Source of the DNA: an uncultured Nitrososphaeraceae archaeon
GTDB taxonomy: Archaea; Thermoproteota; Nitrososphaeria; Nitrososphaerales; Nitrososphaeraceae
Reading direction: 5' to 3'
Length of the DNA stretch: 64,000 nt
Assembly (NCBI GenBank): GCA_963765895.1
Contig: CAVXZB010000087.1
Coordinates: forward strand, 66,880 to 130,879
Positions 21,624 to 33,347 of the stretch are shown here, in pieces. The notes under the pieces are model-generated. The model saw nothing but the letters and a program-made list of their open reading frames with translations, was not told where the DNA came from and did no database searches. Position numbers and translations under genes: made by a program. The stretch's first letter is position 1, and the number at the start of each line of letters is the position of its first letter.

Positions 21624-22572
21624 TTAGTGGTAGAATTTAATTCTTATATGATCAGAGTCATGCACATAAAACGATCCAGAAGAATCGAGATCTGCTGGTT
21701 CGTCTTCTGCTATCAGATTGCAGTCGTCAAAATATTTTGACATCCTTTCAAATTCTCGTTTGTTAGGAAGATGTATGGCAAAATGATCTAGTCCAATTAA
21801 ATCTGAAAAAGAAGTACGGGGAAGGATGTCTTCCCCAAGCCAGATATTAGTGGCAACATGATGATGATATTCATCAGCGGCAAAAAAGTATGCGCCTGGA
21901 TAAGTGGAGGTATGATTTAGACCAAGTGTATTAGAATAGAATCTTTTTGCATTTGCAAGGTTAGAAACGTGTAAATGGACGTGTCCGATGGAGGTCTTAG
22001 AAGGAAATTCCTTCCACCGTTCGTCATTAGTCGAATCACTTAGTAAATCTTGTATGTTTAGTGGCTCAGTTACCATACGAACCTCATGACCTTTCCATCT
22101 CCATTCTGAGCGAGGTCTATCCCGAATATATCTCAACTCCATTGTAGTCAGGATCGCGTAAGTAGATTGATTCAGACACAGCGTGATCTGCAAATCCATC
22201 AAAATATACGCGATCACGATGCTCTTGTAGATGTCTAAGGATGTTAGACAAAAACTTTCGCTGTGGTAGCAATATTGCAAGATGATAAAGTCCGGCTACG
22301 TTTTTTCGCCTTTCTTTATGTAATGAGGCAACTATAGGATCGTTTTTACTATTTTGATCTCTTTCCACCTTTGACAAAGCAATAAGATATAAGGAGTCTC
22401 CTGCTGATGCCGATAGGAATGCGCATTCTGAAGAGGAAGTTCTTCTAACCACCTTAAAGCCAAGAATTGAATGATAAAATTGAAGGGACTGTTGTATATC
22501 TGAAACTCTTAGATGGACATATCCTATCTTGGCAGCGGGATGAATAGTGAAAAGTGTGCTACCTTGGTTCAT
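21624..22572 (-). CDS. VOC/glyoxalase family (CatE-like catechol 2,3-dioxygenase), split near 22125
   Basis: GLYHLAILLP, DHAVSESIYLRDPDYNGVEIY, IGHVHLHV, YHHHVATNIW. Confidence 0.9.
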
Positions 22573-22826
22573 GCTATGATATTAGAATTTAGAATATTTA
22601 AGCAAAGTACTATATCTAGTTAGCTAGTCACAGGCAACAATGATTTGCCCTGATGAAAAATTCAGCAATAGATGTAATATATTAGTAACAATATGATGAA
22701 ACTAGATAGTGGCAGCTGTAAATAGCAGAGCTAGCGTATCTTATGATACCGCCTTGATAAGACAATATAATGATAATATTAAAGAGTATTCTCCTAATTT
22801 GACAATTTATGATTTCACGACTACTT

Positions 22827-23276
22827 TTAAGTATTTGGAGAATTCACACCAATTTGCTTTAACATTTCTACCTGGTCATAATACAACCTCTCTTCTAAAA
22901 TTTTTCTATTCTGCCAGTAGGCAACAGTACAAAACTCCAAATGAAATTTCTTGTTAGTAGGTTGAATCATTTTCCCGTCAAGGCCCTTCATTGCACCTTT
23001 AAATGTCCCTGCGAAATCTGCTACTGAGCAAGTATAGTCGCCTTCTGCAAATAATATTTTATAAGGATCGTTGGCAAGATGATTGTCTGGAAACATTTTG
23101 AAAAACTCTATGGATTCTTCGCGATGGTTTTGTACTCCTCTTGTAGGATCCGCTTGACCGGGCCAGAATACTGCAACATTATCAGCATGCCGTTCGTTGA
23201 AAGTATCCCAGTCTTGGGAATTCCAAGCATTATCTAAAGTTTTCATTAACTCTTTATTTATCTCTTGGATGCTCAT
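22827..23276 (-). CDS. SnoaL-like ester cyclase / NTF2-fold protein
   Basis: AWNSQDW, FPD, PTNKKF, ERLYYD...MLKQIG. Confidence 0.88.
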   Translation of the reverse strand: MSIQEINKELMKTLDNAWNSQDWDTFNERHADNVAVFWPGQADPTRGVQNHREESIEFFKMFPDNHLANDPYKILFAEGDYTCSVADFAGTFKGAMKGLDGKMIQPTNKKFHLEFCTVAYWQNRKILEERLYYDQVEMLKQIGVNSPNT

Positions 23277-23499
23277 GTTCTAGTAAATAAGCAACATTAA
23301 TTGATATAAAGAGTTTAATCGTTGGCCCTGTTAACTGTTAGTTCATTTGTTGATAAATCAAAGTAAAGGCAGAGTATATTCTGTTGCAGCCGCTATATCA
23401 GCAATCGTATTCATTGGTATTGCTTTCCTATCACTTCTATTATAGATGGTTTCTCAAATACGCAATCGGGAGCATAACACGACTTTTAGCAAACTGTTT

Positions 23500-24838
23500 C
23501 TAGAAGACATTCACGGCCGGCAGATAGGCTAGGGCTGCTGAAGTAAGAGCTCGCACTCCAGTCAGAAGCGTAGATTCTGGCACCGGTGCGAATGTGGGCT
23601 GATGGTTAGAAGGTAGATATGACATTTTAGCTATGAGGGTTTGACCAGGGGCGGCATTATAGAGCTCCTGGGAATGGCCGCCAAATATCCAGTAGCAGTA
23701 CGGAATTGGTTCTCCTTCGTAGTGGTGGCGACCTGGAAGGCCGAATTGTGAAAAATCCTCGCTGAACATCAAAGTGGGCAGTTCGACTATGTGCTCAGGG
23801 CCAAGCAATGCTGTATGAACAGCACTAATACGCTGGTCAATCAGCTCGTTGTTACTAGTTAAGGGAACCGAATCTGATGTGGTAATCTCAGGTGGTTTGG
23901 GAGCACGAAAGGCCTGTGCTTCTGCGTCTGCTATCCTGCGTATAGAATCGATGATCTGTTGCTGGACAACTGTACTTTGTGTACGTAAGTTTATACCTAT
24001 ATGCGCTTCTTCAGGAATAACGTTGTGTTTCACACCAGCATTGACAAATCCTACCGTTATGACTGCTGGTACGTCTCCTGCAAGCTCACGAGAACGGATT
24101 GTTTGTAATTTCATAATTAGGGAAGAAGCCATGACTACAGGATCTATGGTTACTTGTGGTGAGGAACCATGTCCGCCTCTACCGAATAGTCCTCACATCA
24201 ATATTAATTGACGCACCCATGATTATTCCAGAATTATGTCCTAACATGTCAGAGGCAAGTGGTAAAACATGTTGGCCTAGACATATGTCAGGTCGTGGGA
24301 ATTTAGTAAATAATCCATCACGCAGCATTGCCTCTGCTCCTTGCCCTGTCTCCTCGGCTGGCTGAGCGCAAATAAATGCTGTACCCCGCCATGCTTCGCG
24401 TTCCTTGGACAGAATCTCTGCTGTAGCAATTAAACATGCCATATGCATATCATGACCGCAAGCGTGCATAATTGGCACTGAGCTTCCGTCCGACAAGGTT
24501 CCGATTGCTGTACTCGCGTAATCTAATCCGGTCCGCTCTTTTATGGGAAGTGCATCCATGTCTCCTCGAAGCATCACAACTGGACCAACACCATTATCGA
24601 GCAGTCCTACCACTCCTGTATGTCCGACACCTTCGGTCACCTCATAGCCTGCGTTACGAAGCCGCCTAGCAAAGATCTCAGCGGTTCGATGCTCTTGCAT
24701 CGAAAGTTCAGGGTGCTTGTGCAAGTCAATGTATAATTCATTCAAGTCTGGTAGACGATCCTCTAGATCAGCAAGAACACGAGCAGCCCGTCTGCTAACA
24801 ACTTCAATCGATTCTTTGGCAGATGACTGAATAGTCAT
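23500..24838 (-). CDS. M20D amidohydrolase (hippurate hydrolase-like), split near 24190
   Basis: HKHPELSMQE, LRGDMDALP, MHACGHDMH, QPAEE, GRGGHGS (bridging frame), SEDFS. Confidence 0.92.
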
Positions 24839-25361
24839 ATCAAGGAATTCCTCAGTTTGAATACTGAATGGTCTAGAATTGTAGTGATTAGTTGGATCTC
24901 GTATACCAATACCAATACCTAGTTCATGCTAGAATAGTAGTTAAGCTTATGCCGCGTTATGTGACTGACTTAATATGTTAAAATTACAATCATCTTGAAT
25001 TCAGATACTGTGATTCGATATCATGTTACCCTGAGAAATCTGTAATATAAAATTTATACAATGCCCGTAACCCGCAGCAAGATGGTGAAAGGAGGAGTGC
25101 CAAAAAGCATCTCGTCAAGAGTATAATGGCTAGTGTCAGAGAGAATATCAAAAAAGGAGATAACTAGCAGGAAAGATGCTGAGAGAGTAGTATTACAAAG
25201 ATAACTTGGTAATAATATCTATGATGGATCCATCATTGCATCCATCTGTTGTTGCTAGCATGATAGATGAAAATTCTACCACTAGTAATTTCTCTAAGGA
25301 TTCTGCTATCCAGTTTTAACATGAAATTGGGATTAACTTGTCTATTTTGAGTAATTTTGGT

Positions 25362-25547
25362 CTACAGTTTACTTATAGTTTGGCATAAGAAATTGGCAGG
25401 AATTCCATTAAGGTAGATGTCCTCTGACTTTACACTATGAACTTTCATAGCATGCTCCGCACCATTTTTCAAAATCTCCTCTTCTGTCTCGCCATTGATA
25501 ATATAATCACAGTCTAGTCCTGTCTCACGACATCGTAATGTTAACAT
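25362..25547 (-). CDS. DUF1059 small metal-binding protein
   Basis: CRETGLDC...GETEEE...EHAMKVH. Confidence 0.85.
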   Translation of the reverse strand: MLTLRCRETGLDCDYIINGETEEEILKNGAEHAMKVHSVKSEDIYLNGIPANFLCQTISKL

Positions 25548-26159
25548 ATCTAATTCATCAATAGATCATACTTCGGAAGTATATAGGGGATCCTTCGAAG
25601 ATTACCTAGAGACTGAACTTAATATACTCTGAGGTTCAATAATTGGTTTAGACAATAACTATATCTTCATCTATAACTATATGTACATACATTTATGGCA
25701 GATCTACCTTATATGTATGCCATAGTCACAGGAGTCTTTGTAGTATTTACGGCAATTTTATTTGGGGCTAGGGCAAAAAGGCTCTCGGGCAGACCAATTG
25801 GGGAACGTGAAGAAAAAAGTAGGGAAGGAGCTCCAATTTAGGCTTAAATTGAATGTAATTGTTACTGCTATCAGGCGTTGGTTGGAAGTCGCTATACAAT
25901 TCTCTTTTACGCACCAACCTGTATTACACAGTGTAGTTATCAAATGAGGCCATAAAATATTGTTTGCTGAGTTTGACCTAGTCATCTTACCTTATAAATT
26001 ATAGTGTAGTGTGACTGGGTTTTTAAAGACCTAGTCAATATATCTAAAATCTGTGATATGATGTTATATGTATATCATAACGCAAGAACAGGAACGCTTT
26101 GTAAAGAATAATGGATTTGCAATCCTAAGCAAAAACGAAAAAGGAGTGGGTCTAACTAT

Positions 26160-27098
26160 CTGATACCAATAGGAGAAGATATAATTGTTAACGCGGTAGA
26201 AGCAGTCAGCAAGAGCATCGTAAACATCGCCAGTACAAGATTATTACAAGATCATCTATTCAGGGTTTTTCCTGTTGAAGGTGTTGGCTCCGGTGTAATA
26301 ATCGATAATCGATGTCATGTATTAACTAATAACCATGTCGTTGATGACGCTCAGAGACTAAAAATCACTTTACCTGATGGGAGAATATTTGGGGGAAATA
26401 TAATAGGTACAGATGAGATGACAGATTTGGCTGTGGTAAGACTTGACTCTACAGAAACCCTGCCATTTGCTGAACTAGGAGATTCCGATGATTTGAAAAT
26501 TGGACAAGTAGCTATTGCAATAGGTAACCCATTTGGTTTGACAGGGGGACCAACCGTGACAGCCGGAATAGTTAGCTCCTTAAACAGAAGTATTCAGATT
26601 GAAAATGGCGTTCTTGAATTAATCCAAACAGATGCGGCTATAAACCCCGGTAACTCGGGTGGACCTCTTGTAAACACTAAGGGTCACGTCATAGGAATTA
26701 ATACTGCTAAAATGCCTTATGCACAAGGCATTGGATTCGCAGTACCGATCAATAATGCTAAATCAATTGTAAGCGATCTCATAGAGCATGGACGAGTTAC
26801 TAACAGACCATGGATAGGAATAGTATCTATTAAAATAACAAAGCAGCTAGTCCAATACTATATGCTGCCGGTAGATGAGGGAGTTTTGATAGCACAGGTA
26901 GAGCCACGTAGTCCGGCATACTACGCCGGACTAAGAAAAGGTGATATTATTGAAGAAGTATGCGGTAAGAAGATAAATGATCCTTCGCAGATCTCATCGC
27001 TTGTTCGAAAAAAGCATATACACGAAGAATTATTGGTAATCGTTAACCGATATGGCAGAAGATTTGAAAGTTCGATTGAGCTTCAAGCCCATCCCTAA
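26160..27098 (+). CDS. htrA: HtrA/DegP-like trypsin serine protease with PDZ domain (probable CTG start)
   Basis: In-frame upstream extension contains GVGSG and TNNHVV; downstream TDLAV, QTDAAINPGNSGGPL and a PDZ domain. Confidence 0.9.
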   Translation: MIPIGEDIIVNAVEAVSKSIVNIASTRLLQDHLFRVFPVEGVGSGVIIDNRCHVLTNNHVVDDAQRLKITLPDGRIFGGNIIGTDEMTDLAVVRLDSTETLPFAELGDSDDLKIGQVAIAIGNPFGLTGGPTVTAGIVSSLNRSIQIENGVLELIQTDAAINPGNSGGPLVNTKGHVIGINTAKMPYAQGIGFAVPINNAKSIVSDLIEHGRVTNRPWIGIVSIKITKQLVQYYMLPVDEGVLIAQVEPRSPAYYAGLRKGDIIEEVCGKKINDPSQISSLVRKKHIHEELLVIVNRYGRRFESSIELQAHP

Positions 27099-27458
27099 TC
27101 TTCCTGTAATGAATTTCGTAGGAACAATAACTTACAGTATGAAGGGTTCTGAATGAATTGCATTATGTTGAAACAGGTGGCCGAGTTTTGAACATTAGAA
27201 TATCTAGGTAAATTTCTGCCCACTTAATACGGTATTTCATACTAATTAAGTTAGCAGCTACTACTGTGCTTAATTATTTACATAATAGTATTGGCTGGTC
27301 CTAAATTTATGAAATAAGGCTACGCAAAATATCTCTAGCGATAAGAAGCTTGCAATTATGCAAGCTATATGATGCACATCTAACATAATTCTGGAATGAT
27401 CTATAAGACTAGCCACAATATTGATACTCACACAACTGTTTTAGATTACTACCGTGAG

Positions 27459-27479
27459 GGAGTGACTCTGAGTCACTCC
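27459..27479. promoter_or_regulatory. 21-bp palindrome upstream of the C2H2 gene
   Basis: GGAGTGACTC-T-GAGTCACTCC. Confidence 0.6.
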
Positions 27480-27505
27480 TTAGTCGGAATCCTTTTAAGG
27501 CAATA

Positions 27506-28072
27506 ATGTCAAGTTATATACAGAAGATGGGTAGAGCACGCTATGTCTGTAGTGGCTGCAGGAAAGATTTCACCAGGATGTGGAACGCTACTCGTCATAA
27601 AATCAATCAACACCAAGGCCTGACAGAAATAGTCCCTCTGGGTGAATCTTTGCTTAGACAAAGGGAGCATCTCAATTTTCTATCTCCTAGACTGTCTCGC
27701 AGCAGGGATGAACAGCTCACAAATTCTGGAAATAATACTATAACTGAGGATGGAGATCCGGGGGAAAACTTGCTGAACAATACCCTATCCAAATTAGCAC
27801 CTAAGGTTGAAGAATTAGATCAGCTACTATCGAGAGACTATTCTGCGGATTTAATACAGAAAATTGAGGGTAGCATTATAATAAAGGCATTAGCTTCACC
27901 AGATCCTGTCAAAAACTTTAATGAAACAATAAGCGGCATTCGAAGGGGCGTGAGAAGCGGCAGGATGATAAAGCAGGCAGCTTTATATCTTGGCGTTTCA
28001 CCCATGCATGCTGAAAGAATCCTCAGATGCCTTCTGTCCATGTCGCGTGGGCCAGAATTGATGGGATCGTGA
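27506..28072 (+). CDS. C2H2-type zinc-finger protein
   Basis: CSGC...FTRMWNATRHKINQH at the N-terminus. Confidence 0.75.
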   Translation: MSSYIQKMGRARYVCSGCRKDFTRMWNATRHKINQHQGLTEIVPLGESLLRQREHLNFLSPRLSRSRDEQLTNSGNNTITEDGDPGENLLNNTLSKLAPKVEELDQLLSRDYSADLIQKIEGSIIIKALASPDPVKNFNETISGIRRGVRSGRMIKQAALYLGVSPMHAERILRCLLSMSRGPELMGS

Positions 28073-28827
28073 TGAAGATATGTTTTATCAAAAGTATTTG
28101 AGATATGGTGTGTATGCATTCCAATCTGTCATGCTGCAATGCTGATCTGAGTGACGTTTGCGGGTTAAGGAATTATTAAGGATATATCGATAATTTCTAT
28201 TAAAGAATTATCCGCAGCTGAATCTCGATATATGATGGAACAAGCAGTGTGAGTTTGTAAAATGGTAAATACATACAACGATTGGTATGTCTTTCCTCCA
28301 GAGATTGGATCTTTCGGTATGTGTTATGTATTTATTCATAATATCTCCAGAAATCTGATATATTTGTTCAATACCTAGCCTATTCGACAATAAGTAGACA
28401 ATTAGAAAACACTTGCCAGTGGCATACTCGCATATAGTTCTTAGGCATATAGCGTAATGATGCAGTCGTTTTGCAAAATAGTCTTGTCTATCGCAGTTCA
28501 GCCAGCAAATGTTGTCCGATATTCACTTTAGTAACTCAATATCGCCACTGTGCCTGTAAGCAAAAACCGATCTTCTTTTCATGGTTAAAAAGGAGTTGTA
28601 ACTCGGTTTTACTACAACATCTAGTTCAGCAGATCTTGTCAATTAGTCTGTATATGATCTAATGATCTAAAGAGGTATCATATATAGAGGAAATCTTGGT
28701 AATTAGATTGTATGTTAAGTCATTTTATATTGCTCTGTCATCATAGTTAGAAGTTTCGCTAGTATCATTTACATCTACTTTCACTAATTCATGAACCACT
28801 TATACCATTATCTAGCGCTGAGATTCA

Positions 28828-29643
28828 TTAATCTAGGAAAACAGTTTGCAGATCTTCATTTAATGAATCCAAAATGGTCATATCCTCTATTTTAAGATCA
28901 AAATCAAATACTTCAGTATTTTGTTTAATACGATCCTTATGGATAGATTTTGGAATTACAACCAATCCATGTTGTAGGCTCCAGCGTATGAGTATTTGTG
29001 CAGGTGTTTTTTCGTATTTCTTTGCTAATTTCACTATATTTGGATCTTCTAGTCTCTTTGCTCTTGTTAGCGGACTGTATGCCTCAAGTTGAATTCCCTT
29101 ATTCTCACAGAAATGTAACAGATCCTGTTGATATAGGAAAGGATGAAATTCCACCTGATTTACGGAAGGCACAACATCTGAGTCATAAAGAATCTCCTCT
29201 AGATGATCGATCATGTAATTGCTGACTCCAATTGCTTTTACTTTGCCTTCCTTTAATAATTGCTCCATTGCCTTCCATGTCTTAGTGCTCAATCCCATTA
29301 CTGGCCAGTGTATAAGATAGAGATCAATATACCCTAGGCATAGGCGTGCCAAACTTGTACTGCATGCATTGATAGTAGAATCATATCCTTGGTCACTGTT
29401 CCAGACCTTTGTAGTTATGAATATATCATCTCTATGTAATCCGCTTTCCTTTACGGCTGTACCGACATCTGCTTCATTATCATATATCTTGGCAGTATCA
29501 ATATGTCTGTAACCAATCTCTAATGCATACTGTACAGCCTGCCTCGTAGGTCTTCCAGGTGGTGATTGATATACGCCCAGACCAAGCCTAGGAATCTCTA
29601 GTCCATTATTTAATCTCGCTTTGGAATCTAAGGTTAGCATCAT
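28828..29643 (-). CDS. Aldo/keto reductase (2,5-DKG reductase-like)
   Basis: GYRHIDTA..Y, ITTKVW, DLYLIHWP, IGVSNY, IPKS. Confidence 0.95.
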   Translation of the reverse strand: MMLTLDSKARLNNGLEIPRLGLGVYQSPPGRPTRQAVQYALEIGYRHIDTAKIYDNEADVGTAVKESGLHRDDIFITTKVWNSDQGYDSTINACSTSLARLCLGYIDLYLIHWPVMGLSTKTWKAMEQLLKEGKVKAIGVSNYMIDHLEEILYDSDVVPSVNQVEFHPFLYQQDLLHFCENKGIQLEAYSPLTRAKRLEDPNIVKLAKKYEKTPAQILIRWSLQHGLVVIPKSIHKDRIKQNTEVFDFDLKIEDMTILDSLNEDLQTVFLD

Positions 29644-29987
29644 ATTGTGTATATCAGATCCAATCGGCAAACCTTACATAACTCTATCTGTCACTGTATA
29701 GTTAACGACAACGATTTGTTTGACTAATACGATATAGTATCCGTATATAGTTGTCCTTTTTGTAGTCTATTCGTCTCCTAACTGCCAAAGAACTAAGAAT
29801 TTCTACATCCAGGTTATATCTATTTTTAAAGAAGGAATTATTAATCAGATCTTCACTTGAATATTTTACGCTTATAGGTACAGCTGCGCATAATATTTGC
29901 ATTAATATCTTATAGACAATAATTACAGATCAAGAGTTTGTAATTTATGTCCATAATCTTGGTATACTCATATCTATTATACAATGT

Positions 29988-30308
29988 GTGGGTATGAATC
30001 CAATTCATATTATTTCCGGAACAGCAATAGCTACAATAGCTCTATTGCTCGTTACTACAACAATGTCAGATCAGCAGTCCGCATTCGCACATAAAAACCA
30101 CTATCATTATGGTCATCATAATCATCATCATGGTGGCAGTGCGAGCTGCAGCAGCGCAGCAGCTGGCGATGATAGCTCAGCAGCAGCCGGAGCAGCTGGG
30201 GGTGCCGGAGGCAGCAGCTGGAGCAGCTGGCAGATAGCGCAGGAGCAGCTGGAGGAGCTGGGGGTGCCGCAGGAGCAGCCGGAGGAGCCGGGAGATGAGA
30301 CTTGCTAG
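29988..30308 (+). CDS. Secreted His-rich, Gly/Ala-rich peptide (internal frameshifts likely)
   Basis: Signal ending SAFA|H, then HKNHYHYGHHNHHH and GAAG repeats across frames. Confidence 0.7.
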   Translation: MGMNPIHIISGTAIATIALLLVTTTMSDQQSAFAHKNHYHYGHHNHHHGGSASCSSAAAGDDSSAAAGAAGGAGGSSWSSWQIAQEQLEELGVPQEQPEEPGDETC

Positions 30309-30700
30309 CAAATTAAGTCGACGGCAAGAAAAGGACGCACAAAATTCATTTTTTTCGAAGATCAGATTAGTTTTATTACTTTTAATCTACCTTTAGATCC
30401 TATGCGATCTCCAAAAGATGCACTGAATTGTCGTTTGTCTAAGCGTGGATATGGTACAGGTCCAAAAGCTGTAGAGATAGCAGCGCTTAAATCTGTAAAT
30501 TTAGTGATTTTGATGTCTTTATCCTATATGTACCAACACACAAATCTGATGATATGTATTCTCGTCACATAGATGGACTATTATCTACAGCAGATAAAAT
30601 TTCAAAAGAAGCAAAAGTGTCTGATCACAAGGATATAATTTGAGAAATGGAGAATAAATTAATTTAAATGTTAAAAGATAGAAGAATAAATTTGTGGATG

Positions 30701-32860
30701 TTAACTTTGAAATGGATTAAATTTCCTTATTAACAGCGAGTTTCCAAACACAGCAGAATCACTTATTACCCATCCAAGTGCTGCTAAGGTTGGCGTAAGT
30801 ATTAGAGAATTTGTGATGCCATACAATATACCTGCAGCTATTGATATTGTTATGACATTATAAATAAATGACATAGCTAGATTCTGTTTTATTTTCTTTA
30901 ATGAATGCTCGCCTATTTTCAATGCATAAAGAACATAACGCAGATCACTTTTCATAAGTATTATGTGCCCTGATGACAGTGCAACATCGGTACCAGAACC
31001 CATAGCAATTCCTATATCAGATTGTGTCAACGCAGGTGCATCGTTTATTCCATCACCTATCATCGCAACTACCTTGCCTTGACTTTGGAGCTTTTTGATT
31101 TCTTCTGCCTTTGTTTCTGGTAAGACGTGGGCTAAAACATTACTTATACCTAATTTCTTGGCAATTGCATTAGCAGTTCTTTGATTATCACCAGTCATAA
31201 GTATTATATCTCTGTGCGTATTTTTAATTTCATCAATTAGATATTTTGTATTCTCTCTTAATGTATCTGCGACTGCTATCAAACCAACTAACTTGTTTTC
31301 AAAATAAACAGTAACTACGGTTTTACCTTCTGCCTCCAGATCAAAGATTTTTGATTGTAATCTCACGGGGAACATTTCCTTGATGCCGTTGCCGTTGTTA
31401 AGCCTAGGACTGCCAACAAAAATTCTCTTCTCCAAGTGAGTTGCTACAACGCCATGGCCAGATATTGAATTGAAATCTGAAACCTTAAGTACAGGAATAG
31501 ATTGTTCAGCTGCCTTTTTAACTATAGATTGTGCGATTGGGTGTTCAGACTTAATTTCAGCAGAGGATGCCAGCTGCAATAGCTCGTATTCGTTATAGCC
31601 ATCATTTGGAATTAGATCTGTAACTTCTGGCTTGCCAGTTGTGAGAGTGCCAGTCTTATCAAATACAATTGTATCAATTGAAGATAACTTTTCAAGGTAT
31701 TGTCCACCCTTTATCAGTATACCTTCTCTTGCTGCCTTGTCGATGCCTAAAGATATTACCATAGGTGTAGCTATTCCCAAAGCACAAGGACAGGACACGA
31801 CAAGAACTGTAGCAAAAACTGTTATGGCAAATGGAATAGATTGATGAGCAACAAACAACCAGTAAAGTGAAGAAGCAACTGCAATAGAAAGAACAATAGG
31901 TATGAAATACCTAACTGCTCTATCTGCAATCCTTTGAACTGGTGCCTTTGACATTCTTGCTCTTTTGACCATCTCTATTATGCTTGCAAGTACCGTATGG
32001 CTTCCTACTGCCGATGCTTTGAATTGAAGATAGCCATTTTTGTTGATAGTGCCACCAATAACTGTATCATTAACAGTCTTGTTGACAGGTATAGATTCTC
32101 CAGTTATCATGGATTCATCTACAGATGATTGTCCGTATACTATTTGACCATCAGGCACAATTTTTTCTCCTGGTTTTGCTACAACTATATCTCCCATAGC
32201 TATCGCATCAGCATCAATTATCTCTTCCTTACCATTTTTAATCAGAACTGCTACCCTTGGCTTTAGAGCAAGCAAACTCCTTATTGATTCAGTAGTAGTT
32301 TTAATGACTCTGCTTTCTAGATATTCCCCTATAGTAAATATAGTTAATACTGAAGCTGATGCTTCAAAGAATTGTAAATCTGCTCCTGCTAATAGAGATA
32401 TTAAACTGTAACCATATGCTACACTTGTACTTAATACAACTAGGGTATCTGTAGTAAAGCCTTTTCTTTGCCTTATTACCGCTCTATAAAATCTGATGTA
32501 AAATGGTTTACCTAGTATAAATTGAACAGGTGTTGCCAAAGCTAATATCACATAATCTGTCATAATACTATGATGAGTGATTTCAAGCAAGACTATTGGT
32601 ATAGTCAAAGCAAGTCCAATGAAAATGAGTAATTTAGGACTGTCAATTTTCCCTTTACATTTATGATCTTTATGATGATGTCCGTGCCCTTGCTCAAAAT
32701 CTTCTTTCTCTTCTCCTGCTTCTGTCATAGATGGTAGTGTTGATGATGATGATGATGGTAATTTACAACAATTACAAGTCATAGCATCTGTCCCGCCATC
32801 ATCCGTTACTCCTTCTTCCTCTCTTCTTTTGTTTAGCATTTTTTCATCAATTTTCTTCAT
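30701..32860 (-). CDS. Heavy-metal P1B-type ATPase (CopA-like, atypical)
   Basis: [37 protein letters not shown]; N-terminal CNCC and His patch. Confidence 0.95.
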   Translation of the reverse strand: MKKIDEKMLNKRREEEGVTDDGGTDAMTCNCCKLPSSSSSTLPSMTEAGEEKEDFEQGHGHHHKDHKCKGKIDSPKLLIFIGLALTIPIVLLEITHHSIMTDYVILALATPVQFILGKPFYIRFYRAVIRQRKGFTTDTLVVLSTSVAYGYSLISLLAGADLQFFEASASVLTIFTIGEYLESRVIKTTTESIRSLLALKPRVAVLIKNGKEEIIDADAIAMGDIVVAKPGEKIVPDGQIVYGQSSVDESMITGESIPVNKTVNDTVIGGTINKNGYLQFKASAVGSHTVLASIIEMVKRARMSKAPVQRIADRAVRYFIPIVLSIAVASSLYWLFVAHQSIPFAITVFATVLVVSCPCALGIATPMVISLGIDKAAREGILIKGGQYLEKLSSIDTIVFDKTGTLTTGKPEVTDLIPNDGYNEYELLQLASSAEIKSEHPIAQSIVKKAAEQSIPVLKVSDFNSISGHGVVATHLEKRIFVGSPRLNNGNGIKEMFPVRLQSKIFDLEAEGKTVVTVYFENKLVGLIAVADTLRENTKYLIDEIKNTHRDIILMTGDNQRTANAIAKKLGISNVLAHVLPETKAEEIKKLQSQGKVVAMIGDGINDAPALTQSDIGIAMGSGTDVALSSGHIILMKSDLRYVLYALKIGEHSLKKIKQNLAMSFIYNVITISIAAGILYGITNSLILTPTLAALGWVISDSAVFGNSLLIRKFNPFQS

Positions 32861-32897
32861 TTCGATTACTCTTCTCTACTTTTTTCTTAGGCAGGCA

Positions 32898-33236
32898 TTA
32901 CCGGTTATAGTTTACACATGCATAAATGCCATGTGCTATATCGGATAAAATTGCATCACTTTCTTCTAAAAGCTTTGAAACCTTTTTGTCCCTCAGGCTG
33001 TAAAATATGTTCTTTCCTTGTCTCCTATTCTTGACAAGGCCACAATCCAACAAACATGATAGATGATTTGATATATTAGATTGATTTTGACTTGTTTCTG
33101 TGACTATTTGAGATGTAGTTTTTTCACCTTCACGCAGTGATTCCAGTATGGAAAGTCTTGTAGAGTCTCCAAGTCCTCTAAATAGCTTTGCCTTTAATCC
33201 AAGTTTTTGTAGTTGTATTGACACATTATTAATCAA
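32898..33236 (-). CDS. ArsR/SmtB metalloregulator (CmtR-like)
   Basis: LGDSTRLSIL...SNHLSCLLDCGLV...C-terminal Cys. Confidence 0.92.
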   Translation of the reverse strand: MINNVSIQLQKLGLKAKLFRGLGDSTRLSILESLREGEKTTSQIVTETSQNQSNISNHLSCLLDCGLVKNRRQGKNIFYSLRDKKVSKLLEESDAILSDIAHGIYACVNYNR

Positions 33237-33257
33237 TGATATGTTAATGTATCATTG
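33234..33257. promoter_or_regulatory. Putative ArsR operator overlapping the start codon
   Basis: CAATGATA-TGTTAATG-TATCATTG inverted repeat. Confidence 0.65.
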
Positions 33258-33347
33258 TAGTAATTAAAATTATCTAAACGATGTTACAAGCATGTTATAT
33301 AAGAATAGGATACATATTTCAGATAAAAGCATATCATATATAGCATT

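Noticed and set aside
11861-24838. Programmed frameshifting in the split genes
   Set aside because: No consistent slippery motifs; a uniform extra-base pattern across unrelated genes points to sequencing error.
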